This document shows, in pieces, positions 11,477 to 24,244 of a DNA stretch of 64,000 nt. The first letter of the stretch is position 1. Every line of letters begins with the position of its first letter. The stretch covers positions 10,106,001 to 10,170,000 of the forward strand of contig NC_042999.1 in NCBI RefSeq assembly GCF_006345805.1, read 5' to 3'. Source of the DNA: Octopus sinensis. Lineage: Eukaryota. The position numbers were made by a program, and so were the translations under genes. Below the pieces are notes generated by a model. That model saw only the letters and a program-made list of their open reading frames with translations, was not told the DNA's origin and made no database searches.

Positions 11477-11704
11477 TAACTTAAAAATGTATGATAGATT
11501 GCAGTCAATTCATTCTCTCTTACCTGTTTGTGTCTGCCTTCCAATTGCTGTTTTATGACTGCGATCTCCCTTTTTAGTAGAAGAAATAGCTATAACCCTT
11601 TGACTGCTATTTCTAAATTCGGTATGTGGTAAGGCAATTCGTTGCTAAACCCTTTATTGCTTAGTATATATATATATATATATAAGTATATGTATATATA
11701 TATA

Positions 11705-12106
11705 TACTCTTTTACTTGTTTCAGTCATTTGACTGCGGCCATGCTGGAGCACCGCCTTTAGTCGAGAAAATCGACCCCGGGACTTATTCTTTGTAAGCCC
11801 AGTACTTATTCTATCGGTCTCTTTTTTGCCGAACCGCTAAGTGACGGGGACGTAAACACACCAGCATCGGTTGTCAAGCAATGCTAGGGGGACAAACACA
11901 GACACACAAACACACACGCACATATACATATATATACATATATACGACGGGCTTCTTTCAGTTTCCGTCTACCAAATCCACTCACGAGGCTTTGGTCAGC
12001 CCGAGGCTATAGTAGAAGACACTTGCCCAAGGTGCCACGCAGTGGGACTGAACCCGGAATATGTGGTTGGTAAGCAAGCTACTTACCACACAGCCACTCC
12101 TGCGCC
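11705..12106 (-). mobile_element. SINE family A, full length
   Basis: Full head (GGCGCAGGAGTGGCTGTGTGG on minus) through to the TGACTGAAACAAGTAAAAGAGTA tail. Confidence 0.9.
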
Positions 12107-12118
12107 TATATATGTATA

Positions 12119-12170
<52 letters not shown>

Positions 12171-12485
12171 TATCTATATCTGTACATATATATATATACA
12201 TTTATATATACATATACATATATATATATATACATATAAATATATATATACATATACATATATACATATACATATATATACATATACATACATATACATA
12301 TATATACATATACATATACACATATACACATATATATACACATATACATACATATATATATATATACTACATACATATATATATACATATATATACATAC
12401 ATATATATATACATATATATATATACATACATATATATATATACTATATATACATATATACATACATATATATACATATATATAC

Positions 12486-12536
<51 letters not shown>

Positions 12537-12655
12537 CATATACATATATATACAATATATATATATATACATTTATATACATATATATATATAACATATA
12601 TATACATATACATACATATATATATATACATATACATATATATATACATATAAAA
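12107..12655. repeat. (TA)n/(TACA)n compound microsatellite
   Basis: Direct reading. Confidence 0.95.
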
Positions 12656-12659
12656 AAAT

Positions 12660-13555
12660 CCTTTAAAATGTTTCAGCCCGAAGGCTGCTGCCATGCTGGG
12701 GCACCACCGTTGAATGAGCTACACTAGTATGTGAAACCACCTCTGATATGTGGTACTTGATCAAGGGAGTTCGATGCCGCTGCCCGCATCTGTGTTTCCT
12801 GCCGAGAGGTAGGTTCATCTGGAACCCCTAACAAGAAGAGATCCAGTTTAGTTTTAAAGAAACCCACATCCACACCATGCAGGTCTCTCAGGCATTTAGG
12901 AAGGATATTGAAGAGCTGTGGTCCCCTGAAACCCAAGCTGTTGCAGTATCTGGTCTTGTATTCTGATGGTGATGTTGGGATCTTTGGCACCATGCAGTGG
13001 CGCCCCGTTCTGCGGTTGGGGTAACTTTGAATGCCAAAGTTTGGGACAAGACCCTCCAGGATTTTCCAGATGTATATCACTGCATATCTCTCCCGCCTTC
13101 GCTCCAGGGAGAAGAGTTTTAATACTTTCAGTCTTTCCCAGTAGCTGATATGTTGCATTGAGACGATCTTCTTTGTGTAGCTTCGTTGAATTGCTTCGAG
13201 TTCTGCTGTTAGTTTTATAACGTGTGATGACCATAGATGGGAGCAGTAGTCCAAGTGGCTGAGGATAAATGTCTTCCAAAGGACCATCAGTGTCTCATTC
13301 TCTCTTGTTCTGAAAGTTCGGAGAATCCATCCAGCTAGCTGTCTGCATTTTATCACCAAATTAGTAATATGCACTTGGAAAGATGCATCATTGCTCATGT
13401 CAATGCACAGGTCACGCACTGATTTTGACTCAGGGATTACAACTCTTCCCGGGCCAGTGTATCCAGTCTGCATGTCGTTTAACTTTGTGTGCCGGTAGCG
13501 CAGGGGCTGGAACTTCTCTGCATTAAATTGCATGTTGTTGTCCTCAGCCCACCTG
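12660..13555 (-). mobile_element. CR1-clade LINE 3' fragment (RT C-terminus plus 3' UTR), 5'-truncated
   Basis: 269-aa ORF 12724-13533: [70 protein letters not shown]. 3' UTR ends near 12660. Confidence 0.92.
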
Positions 13556-13592
13556 TATATTGTATATAAGTATATATATATGTATAAGTATA

Positions 13593-13681
<89 letters not shown>

Positions 13682-13713
13682 TATATAGATATATATATAT
13701 ATATATGTATAAG

Positions 13714-13748
<35 letters not shown>

Positions 13749-13784
13749 TATATATTATATATATATATATATATGTATAAGTAT

Positions 13785-13871
<87 letters not shown>

Positions 13872-13952
13872 TATAATATATATATATATATATAGTATAA
13901 GTATATATATATATTATATATAATATATATATAATATATATATATTATATAT

Positions 13953-14007
<55 letters not shown>

Positions 14008-14100
14008 ATATATATATATATATAATATATATATGTATGTTTATATATATACACATATATATATATATATATACACCTACACATATATATATTTACATAC
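13556..14100. repeat. (TA)n microsatellite
   Basis: Direct reading. Confidence 0.95.
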
Positions 14101-14970
14101 ACACGTGCACGCTCGCACATGTGCACACACACGCACACACACGCATATCCGATTTATCATCTTTTTCGTTCAATTTTATACCACTCGTCACGTTGAGCTA
14201 TTTCTTCTTCCAACTCAGTTTTCCATAATTTATGCAAATCAACATCGTCCACAAACGTTCTCTACTTTTCATGTGTATATATATATATATAAGCGTATAT
14301 ATGTAAGTCTTTTTTCTGCTGGAGTCAAAGTAGGGCAACTGCTGTGCTGAAGCCACGTATTGAGGGAGAAATACGTGTCTTTTCTGCAATGGCATGTCAA
14401 TTCCGAAGAGTTCTTCATTCTTCAGAGATTATCTCCCCCTTTTTATTCGGAGTCGGTCTCATTTGCATCATTATATTTGTTTTACAATTTAATTACACAT
14501 AAAATTTAGTAAACATAATTCAGAAAACTCTTTCAACCCCACCCCCACCACAACATAAACAAAATTTTCTGAACCCATTTTCATTGCATGACCTCCTCTT
14601 AAGATTTAATAGTAAACATCTTCACCGATTATTCCCTAATGAAGAAACAAGGAAATAATGTAAGAGCTAGACTACATACATTGATGGTAGTCCGCTTAAA
14701 GGATTTGTAAAGAAGGCGTAGAGGCGTAGCAATAACCAATGCTATTTTAGACTCTCTTGAATTTGGATACACAGCGGTACTCGAACCAGGATTTTGCGGT
14801 TCATATTGAGTCTGAATTTTTGAAATTTCAGCTATGGCTGCTATACAACATTCCATTTTCCAGGATTTTCTAGACATTACAGACACACTTTTGTGATAAT
14901 CTCTCCCTCTTTGTCACACTCAAAATACGCAACGCACACATGGAGCTGGACAGTATCTACCCATAGGTTC

Positions 14971-15366
14971 TTTTACTCTTTTACTTGTTTCAGTTATGAC
15001 TACGGCCATGCTGGAGCTCCGCCTTAAAGGGGTTTTTAGTCGAACAGATCGACTCCAGGACTTATTCTTTGTAAGCCTGGTACTTATTCTATCGGTCCGT
15101 TTTGCCGAACCGCTAGATTACGGGGGCGTAAACACACTAACATCGGTTGTCAAGTAAGGGCAGGGGGACAAACTCACACACACACACACACACATATATA
15201 TATACGACGGGATTCTTTCAGTTTCCGTCTACCAAATCCACTCACAAGGATTTCGTCGGCCCGAGGCTATGGTAGAAGGCACTTGCTCAAGATTCCATGC
15301 AGTGAGACTGAACCCGGGACCATGTGGTTGCGAAGCAAGCTTCTTACTACACAGCCACACCAGCGC
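14971..15366 (-). mobile_element. SINE family A
   Basis: Homologous to 11705-12106. Confidence 0.85.
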
Positions 15367-15560
15367 TGTATGTGTGTGTGTGAATGTGTAAAGACACATA
15401 TTTACACACACACACACGCGCGCGCGCACACACACACACTGCTGTATAGTGGTGGTTCGTTACAGAGGTCTTCTTGGAGACAATATTTTACAGTGAGACA
15501 AAACTAAATTATTTTCATAATTCTATGTTAACATGTGAGAGACTATGATTCACAGTCAAT

Positions 15561-15612
<52 letters not shown>

Positions 15613-15649
15613 AATTGACTACACCAACCATGTTTTCTTTTCTTTTTTT

Positions 15650-16210
15650 TTTCATGAGTAGCGAAAGCACCTGCAACTGCAAGTGTTGAAAGTTCATCTC
15701 AGGTGCTGCTAGAAAAAGCATTATTTCTGATATAAAATTGCAAGTGTTGAGGCGACTGGAAGCTGGTGAATGATGTCGGCATGTGGGAGTTAAGTCTTTA
15801 AACTTGGCCATACCAAAGATTAGAACCAACATGCAAAATGAAATACCATGACGACCTTATTATCAGCAGAGGTGCCTCGGTTGAAGGATGAATTTTTAAA
15901 TAATATGGAATATATACTTGCGGGCGTTAGCACAGCAATGCAGCCAAAATGAGCCTGAGGTGTTTACTGAAGAACCAGGGGCAAGAAAGACAATTTTCAC
16001 GACTGAATTCTACAGTATCCTTAATATTCAGGGAATCGGGAATCAGGAACCGGTTTACTAAGAATGAGCCCGGCAAGGAGTGTATTAATAAGACAGAGAG
16101 TGGTGTGCGGTGTTCTTGATAAAATACTCCCGATATCATGAATTACTTGTTGAGAAAGAAACTCAAGAAAACTCTGTCGACATCTGATACAGTCTTTGAT
16201 AAACAATCAA
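15650..16210 (+). mobile_element. Tigger/pogo-type transposase remnant
   Basis: 15705-15842 translates to AARKSIISDIKLQVLRRLEAGE*CRHVGVKSLNLAIPKIRT, resembling the CENP-B-type HTH N-terminus of Tigger transposases. ~16120-16200 weakly resembles the Tigger C-terminus. Confidence 0.55.
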
Positions 16211-16602
16211 TGCACAAAATGGAACCACGGTCTTCTCCCTCGTCTCACCTAGTTTTTTATTGTTGATTTTTACTGAATTAAAAGAAACTTGTTTAATCGT
16301 GATTATCGTCGATTGTGATTAATTAGTCGATTAATTTAACGGGTTTCATAATTGATAACATTAGATCTTAATTAAATTCGTTTTCTATTTTCATCGTAAC
16401 AATGTTTCGTATTACATTGTGTAAGTCGGGGCTGGGCACAACTCTCCGGGGGTTGGCACGACTCTCGACTGCGTTGATGAGTATTTCTAACCCCCTCCTC
16501 CAGTTTCTGTTGAAGTAGGTTTGTCTGTCTACCCCCGGTTCTCATAGAGGACCATATTAAGAGTTATTCTGGAATTCTTTATGCCTGTGTATGGTGAACA
16601 GC

Positions 16603-16928
16603 GTGAGCGCGTGGCTTAGTGGTTAAGGGATTCGGTTCACTATCGTAAGGTCGTGAGTTCGATTCCTAGCACTGCGTTGTGTCCTTGAGCAAGACACTTT
16701 ATTTCACGTTGCTCCAATCCACTCAGCTGGCAAAAATGAGTAGTACCTGTATTTCAAAAAAGGGCCAGCCTTGTGGCATTCTGTGTCCCATTGAATCTCA
16801 TTGAAAACTAAATTAAAGAGTTATACGTGTCTGTGGAGTGCTCAGCCATTTGCACTTTAATTCTACGAGCAGGCTGTTCCGCTGATCGGATCAACTGGAA
16901 CCCTTGTCGTCGGAACCCACGGAGCACC
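16603..16928 (+). mobile_element. tRNA-derived SINE, family C
   Basis: GCGTGGCTTAGTGGTTAAGG A box, GAGTTCGATTCC B box, GTGTCCTTGAGCAAGACACTTT core. Homologues at ~29.0 and ~50 kb. Confidence 0.85.
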
Positions 16929-17841
16929 AAACTTTTTCCTCTTCTTTCTTCTTTTTGTCTTTACTGAACGAAAGCAGAATAAATTTCTACGAAGGGAGAG
17001 TAAACTTATTTGTGTTGTGAATAAAATCTCACGTGACTTGGAAACCCGACGGTCGCGATTTCGAATCTTTTTTAATTCACATCGAGCTTGCTAAATCCAG
17101 AGGGCGCCCGAATCAGGCCTAGGACTTAATGGATGTTTGTCGAAGTGTCACGAAGACCAAAGAGACACGAAACTGCGATAATCTCGTTCCGATCACGTGT
17201 TGCCGCGAGACTGGTTGTTTAAAGGAATGCATGTTTACTCACTGTCGACGGATTACGTGAAATGGTTTGTGAGGGAAATGATACTAAAGATCAGTCTAGG
17301 ATTATTGTTGAGATGGAGGTTTGAAAAAGAGAAAACCAGGTTAATTTCACTCAGGAAATTTAATGATTAGGCTGTTAGAGGCAAAACAAAGGTGACAAAA
17401 TTGTGGATAATTCCATCATCAGAAAACTGACGTGCATTAAATAATGTCTCTGCCACTTACATCAAAGATGGTAGTAAAACAAAAAGTCTTGGTCAAGGAA
17501 TTTAACCAAATCTGAAGACTTGGAAGTGGAAGGTAGAAAAAAGAGGAACTGGCTGTGAGGACTTGGCAGACGTTTAAAGCTGAGCGTTGCAGTTTGTTAT
17601 CGGTTTTGTGTTTTAAGAATGTATGCTTTGTTATATTGTATAAGTCTTGCTATAAACCACTTTCAGGTGATGGTGGGTCTAAAGAAAAACATTGTACACA
17701 CGGAATTTGTTAAGAAAACGAAAGAGAAAAAAACATTGGAATAATTATACAGACAGTAATAATTGTATAAAACATAAAATAATTGAAAATCATATTTAAG
17801 AAAGAGATAAAATATAAGAAAACGAAATGGAAATAATATAT

Positions 17842-17972
<131 letters not shown>

Positions 17973-18076
17973 AATTTTACCTGAATAATTAAAAGAATGG
18001 AGAAATCAACAGAAAAGCAGAAAGAAATGGTTAAAATATGGTTAGAAATGTATTTTTTAAAAAATAAAGATTCTAA

Positions 18077-18128
<52 letters not shown>

Positions 18129-18161
18129 GCACACAACACACACATACACACACACACACAC

Positions 18162-18212
<51 letters not shown>

Positions 18213-18311
18213 CCTATGTCTGGTTTTGTATTTAGAATTTAGGAAAACTGGCTGAAAAGTGAGAATGGTCAGTATAAAATCACCAGAGCTGAAGAATCAA
18301 AGACATCAAAG

Positions 18312-18356
<45 letters not shown>

Positions 18357-18846
18357 CATGAATATTATTCTTATCATTATAGCGTCGTTAATGGAATCGC
18401 AATGTTATTTTGGAATTAATGATTAGAAAGTTGGCTACTTTTGTGAAAAGTGTTACAATTCTCACTATAGTTGTCACATCAAATGGTATTAATGTTTGTT
18501 TGTTTTTTTGTTTTGTTTTTATATATATAGTTGGCAGATACAGAGAGACGGACGGAGAGACTGAGAGAGAGACACAGAGGCAGCCAGACAGACAAACAAG
18601 CAGAGAGACACACTTGCAGAGAGAGAGACAAAGTCGCAAACAGAAAGACGGGGACATAAATATAGATTTTTAGCTGGGAATATGAGAAAATGGTTTTAAA
18701 AGCGAAGGGCTAAATTGACGGTTCCACAATGCGTTACACCCTGGTAATATTAACGATCAAGATGACGATGATGATGATGATCCTTTCTAACACAGACATA
18801 TGGCCATCACCCATGCGGGGAGGTTTATTGATGATTACATCAAATC

Positions 18847-19578
<732 letters not shown>

Positions 19579-20807
19579 GTATGAACCTTACAAAGTTCCT
19601 GGCGATGAATTTGTCGTATTTACATACCGAAATTTACCGTAAATAATTGTTGGTTACATGAAAAACCACAGAAAAATTATTTACCATTTTTATTATATAT
19701 ATATATATATATATATATGACCACAGCATTTGGGCTGTAACATATAAAAGAATATTAAGGAATTAAAAAGTACATGTGTGTGTGTGTGTGTGTGGACTCT
19801 GAAATTAGTAATAAAAAAATAAATCGTCCGCAACGCGAGTTCAACTTATTCAAGGGAGGTAACTCAACGTCCGTGTCATCTTCACTGCGTAAGTGTGGTC
19901 CAGCCACCATTTTAATAAGAATATAATCCTTTTTTTTTTTTCTATAGGTTTAAGGCTGGGAATTTCGGGAACATCGACCCCAGTATTCAACTGGGACTTA
20001 TTTTATCGACCCGGAAATGATGAAAGTCGAAGTCAGCCTCGGTTACGGGCTTTACACTTGTAGGTGATGTTTAGGGTGTTCTGTTTCGGGGGAAACAGAT
20101 CAAAGGGATGTTTATCGATGCCGTATATTAACTGGTACTTATTTAATCGATTTTGCACAAAAGGGTGGATGAAGTCTTTTGCCAATGTTAGAACTCAGAA
20201 GATTTGTTATAAGCAACGACTGTAGAGTGGATGATTGGTGATGGAAGTGAGCGAACTTGTGAGGAAGAAGATTACTTGGAAATGATGGAGTGGTTGTGGT
20301 AATGGTGGAAGGAATGAGAAAAAGAAAGAAAATGGAAAGAGAGAAGATAAATGTGAGAAGGAGAATACTTTGGCAAAGAAGAATAAACAAGAAATAATGA
20401 AGCGTTTGCACCAAACATGAAGCGAAAAAGATAGAAAACTATTAAAGCATTAGTATTATTAGTAGGCCCAGGGTGAATGAAGAGCAATGTTGAATTTCGA
20501 TGGAATATGAAAAATAGAGAAATAGTAAACCAGAGGTTCGCAACAGTGTTTTGCTTTTGGAAGCCTTTTATTCCTATCTTACTCTCAAGGACTCTCATAA
20601 CCATTCCATGTTTTAAAAAGATTATATTTTTATAATTATTTATATATTTTTTATAATTATTTATATAATATATTATAATATAATATAATATAATATAATA
20701 TATTATTTATATAATATATTATAATATAATATATTATTTATATAATATAACTATTATATATATTTGTTGTGCAAGATTTTTTATGTGAAGTCGTGTGTTG
20801 AAACAGA

Positions 20808-20987
20808 TATTGTTATATTTCGGAATGGTCATATTGCCAGTTTAGTGTGGCGAAAGAACTTTGGCCGAAATAAGATTAAGATTAATGTAAAAAATAAATA
20901 TCACTGAAGCAAAATAACACCAAATATATAGTGCGTGTGTTTTTATTGGCTAAACTGGCAATATGACCATTCCGAAATATAACAATA
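20808..20987. repeat. Perfect 38-bp inverted repeat with 104-bp spacer
   Basis: TATTGTTATATTTCGGAATGGTCATATTGCCAGTTTAG (20808-20845) and its exact reverse complement (20950-20987). Confidence 0.9.
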
Positions 20988-21077
20988 ACTATTATATTTC
21001 TATAATTAAGCATCGTTAAAAAAGTTTGTCTATTACAGAAGTACGATCAGTTTATTTCCCCTAAACTTTAACAAAAT

Positions 21078-21430
21078 TTTGTATGGACCTCCCCCCCCCG
21101 ACCCCGGATCGTATGGACCCCCCTCCGACCCCCGGATCGTATGGACCCCCACTCCGACCCCCGGTTCGTATGGACCCCCCTCCGACCCCCGGTTCGTATG
21201 GACCCCCACTCCGACCCCCGGTTCGTATGGACCCCCCTCCGACCCCCGGTTCGTATGGACCTCCCCGCGACCCCCAGTTCGTATGGACCTCCCCGCGACC
21301 CCCGGTTCGTATGGACCTCCCCGCGACCCCCGGTTCGTATGGACCTCCCCGCGACCCCTGGTTCGTATGGACCTCCCCGCGACCCCCAGTTCGTATGGAC
21401 CGACCCCCCGACCCCCGATTCGTATGGAGC
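21078..21430. repeat. GC-rich 28-29-bp minisatellite, ~13 units
   Basis: Unit GTTCGTATGGACC(C/T)CCC(CTC/GC)GACCCCCG. First block has CTCCGA variants, second block CGCGA variants. Confidence 0.95.
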
Positions 21431-22586
21431 ACGGTTGAAAACAACTGTTCTCAATGGAAACAATTAACTAGGAGCTATATTCAGAATATGCGGTGAACGA
21501 AGCGTTAGAAATTGGTTTATTTCTATTTGTATCTTGTCACAGCTTCATCTTTATGCTGTGTTTTTACATCTTCCGTATCTCTTTGTCATTGAATATCTCG
21601 TGATTGAGAGAGATATCATCCTATGGTGAGAATTCTGAGCTTGATCGGTTTAAAGTCTACTGTCGCATGCCAAACATCTCAACATTCAGAAGTTGCTCGG
21701 CAACAAGAGAGCAAGTTCATTAAGATAGTCTTACTGCGAAGATAAATAGTGTCAGTGGCCTCTCCAGATATGTAAAGGAGAAATGCAGCTTCAAACTGAC
21801 GACCCACCCGTCGATTTTAGAGCGCTGTTACTGCTTTACAGCGGTTAAGTACTCCAGCTTAGCCGTACATATTTCCATATGGGTTGGCAGTTGTGGTGAC
21901 ATGATCTGAGCATTTATGTGCGTATGTCTTCTGCACGTTAATGAGTGTACTCCTGTGAAGACATGTGTTACACAATGCCAAGTGTTAACATATGGGGAAG
22001 GGCTTCCGTTCGATAATGTTATATGTGTGTGTGTGTGTTTATGTTTATTGTAGCTCTACGGGTTCTTGGAGAGAGGAACGATGGTTATTGAGAGAACAAA
22101 CATCCTTAGAGTACAGGCCTAAAGTGTCGTAGATTACATCCGTTTCTCCCGAGCAAGGCATTATACAGATGCGACAATACACCCCCCTCCTGTATTCACT
22201 CTGCTTGTGAAATGTTTCAACGGTAAACTCATGGTGCACAACGGTTTAAACCACGCGAGACAACCATCACCAGCTGCCTAACTTCACTCATGCCCCGGCA
22301 ATGGTCATGAAAAATGTGGTTGGTTTCTCTGTTGTACACTGTATTAGCAATCGGAACTGAATGGAGAGTAAACCAAAGGTCTCGGAAATACCACAGTTGA
22401 TGGAACTTAAAGTCTAAAAGCTTTCCATCTTTAGGCTTATATCACAGAAGACAACATACTATAATAACAGTATTTTATACCATTCAGCTAAAAGCCACAA
22501 CTCCTTGGAACCCAGACCTAATCTACTGCCACCATACAAAAGGACAACAGTACCTTCACGTCTTCTCCACAAGTGATACCGAAATA

Positions 22587-23004
22587 CCTATTTCTTTACT
22601 ACCTACAAGGGGCTAAACACAGAGAGGACAAACAAGAACAGACAAACGGATTAAGTCGATTACATCGACCCCAGTGCGTAACTGGTACTTAATTTATCGA
22701 CCCCGAAAAGATAAAAGGCAAAGTCGACTTCGGCGGAATTTGAACTCAGAACATAACGACAGACGAAATACCTATTTCTTTATTACCCACAATGGGCTAA
22801 ACATAGAGGGGATAAACAAAGACAGACATAGGTATTAAGTCGATTACATCGACCCCAGTGCGTAACTGAAACTTAATTTATCGACCCCGAAAGGATGAAA
22901 GGCAAAGTCGACCTCGGCGGAATTTGAACCCAGAACGTAACGGCAGACGAAATACCGCTAAACACTTCGCCCGGCGTGCTAACGTTTCTGCCAGCTCGCT
23001 GCCT
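22587..23004 (-). mobile_element. Tandem SINE family B copies (one full, one 5'-truncated)
   Basis: Two bodies end to end, with junctions at GAAATACC|TATTTCTTT at ~22586 and ~22770. Confidence 0.85.
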
Positions 23005-23243
23005 TAGATACCTAAGCTGGAACTTCTGCCTCACGACTACGTAAAGAGCAAATTCCAGTAGTTGTAATTTGAACCACTTCAATCGATTGCATAGAAGTAT
23101 TCAAAAGCCGAGTAGACAGACCTCTCTCCCTTTATCCTGTCCTGGGCCATCATTAGGTCACTGGCTCCCTTTATTGCCACATTAAATATATAATTAGGTC
23201 GTTAACATAACGCCAGTCAATATAAAAGGGGACATTATTCAGT

Positions 23244-23639
23244 ACTAGCAGTATCGCCCGGCGTTGCTCGGGTTTGTTCCGACCCTTTAGAATTGGAATT
23301 TTTGAAAAGTAAAAATTTTGCATTATGCAGCTTGTTATTCTCTTCAAGTGAAGATTTTTCTGGTTGAAATACACCGAAAAATGGCGACACAGCAGTCAAA
23401 AAATCGTAAAAGATAGGGATTTTCATAGGAAAAAAAAGCACTTTTTTGATGTAAATAATTTTTGGTGTTAACATGGTCCGATTTGAATTTTTTCTTTTAC
23501 AGAAGGAAGAGCAAGCCTTCTTCTATCATACTCTCAATTTTGGGCAACTTGTGCCGCAGGGTCCCGGAGGATATAGTGTTAGTTGAAGGCTACCAAACCT
23601 GCCACACACAGACAACTTCAGCTTTATATAGAGAGAGAT
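23244..23639 (+). mobile_element. Helentron-associated non-autonomous element (HINE/DINE-1-like)
   Basis: Starts ACTAGCAGTATCGCCCGGCGTTGCTCGGGTTTG (5' hairpin shared with 32966), has a short ACAC/AGAC tract near the 3' end and ends CTTTATATAGAGAGAGAT. Class assignment is by architectural resemblance. Confidence 0.6.
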
Positions 23640-23812
23640 TTCGTTTTGTCGATCGACACTTAAAAGCTTCTATTTTCCTTTACACTTTTACCATACTTGA
23701 ATGTTATTATATACATCGCTTTAAGCAATTATTGGCTCATTTTTATCTGATATTAATGTATATCACATTAAATTCTTATTAGTTCATTGACAGCATATGA
23801 CGCTCGAATCAA

Positions 23813-23962
23813 TTTGTGTCACTTAGCGGTTCGGCAAAAGAGACCGATAGAATAAGTACTGGGCTTACAAAGAATAAGTCCCGGGGTCGAGTTGCTCGAC
23901 TAAAGGCGGTGCTCCAGCATGGCCGCAGTCAAATGACTGAAACAAGTAAAAGAGTAAAAGAG
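23813..23962 (+). mobile_element. SINE family A, 3' half
   Basis: Homology to the family A tail. Confidence 0.85.
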
Positions 23963-24244
23963 ATAACACAAAAGAAAAAAAGGGGGAAATTCTGCAACTA
24001 TCACGTCTAAGGGAAATAACTCGTCATGAGACAGAGTCATTTCCCTTGAACCAATTTTTTTTGACATGCGAAATAACTTGAGACATTAAATCTATATGTA
24101 TGTATGTATGTATGTTAAATCTATTTAAATATACATATATAAATATACATGTGTATGTGTATGCATAGATATATACCTATATATACACACAGACACACAC
24201 ACATATATATATTTACATACATACACACACACATATATATATAT

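Larger units (their letters stand above)
10334..11667 (+). mobile_element. Head-to-tail ~600-bp tandem array (2.2 units), each full unit with a hammerhead ribozyme; retrozyme or Penelope-pLTR-like
   Basis: Unit starts at CCCTTTTTAGTAGAAG recur at 10369, 10966 and 11568. Units differ by a few substitutions and indels. A 30-bp partial start is repeated at 10334-10363. Flanked by (TA)n on both sides. No ORF. Confidence 0.85.

Noticed and set aside
12061-14140. Long Y/I/H/T/V/C-rich ORFs (also at 26.6-27.2, 33.9-34.5, 37.4-38.2, 42.9-44.5 and 57.3-58.0 kb)
   Set aside because: They are translations of (TA)n, (CA)n and (GATA)n microsatellites, with no coding evidence.
14157-14261. Minus-strand coding-looking stretch RTFVDDVDLHKLWKTELEEEIAQRDEWYKIERKR**
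   Set aside because: The preceding AG lacks a polypyrimidine tract and I recognise no homology.
16603-16680. tRNA-like sequences in SINE heads
   Set aside because: They have A/B boxes but no complete cloverleaf and continue into SINE bodies, so they are not tRNA genes.
17461-17678. Minus-strand segment with a good acceptor and GTAAGT donor
   Set aside because: Stops in all three frames; at best a non-coding exon, unsupported.
22045-22240. GVYCRICIMPCSGET resembling a Penelope GIY-YIG motif
   Set aside because: Spacing and residues are too degenerate and there is no adjacent RT signal.
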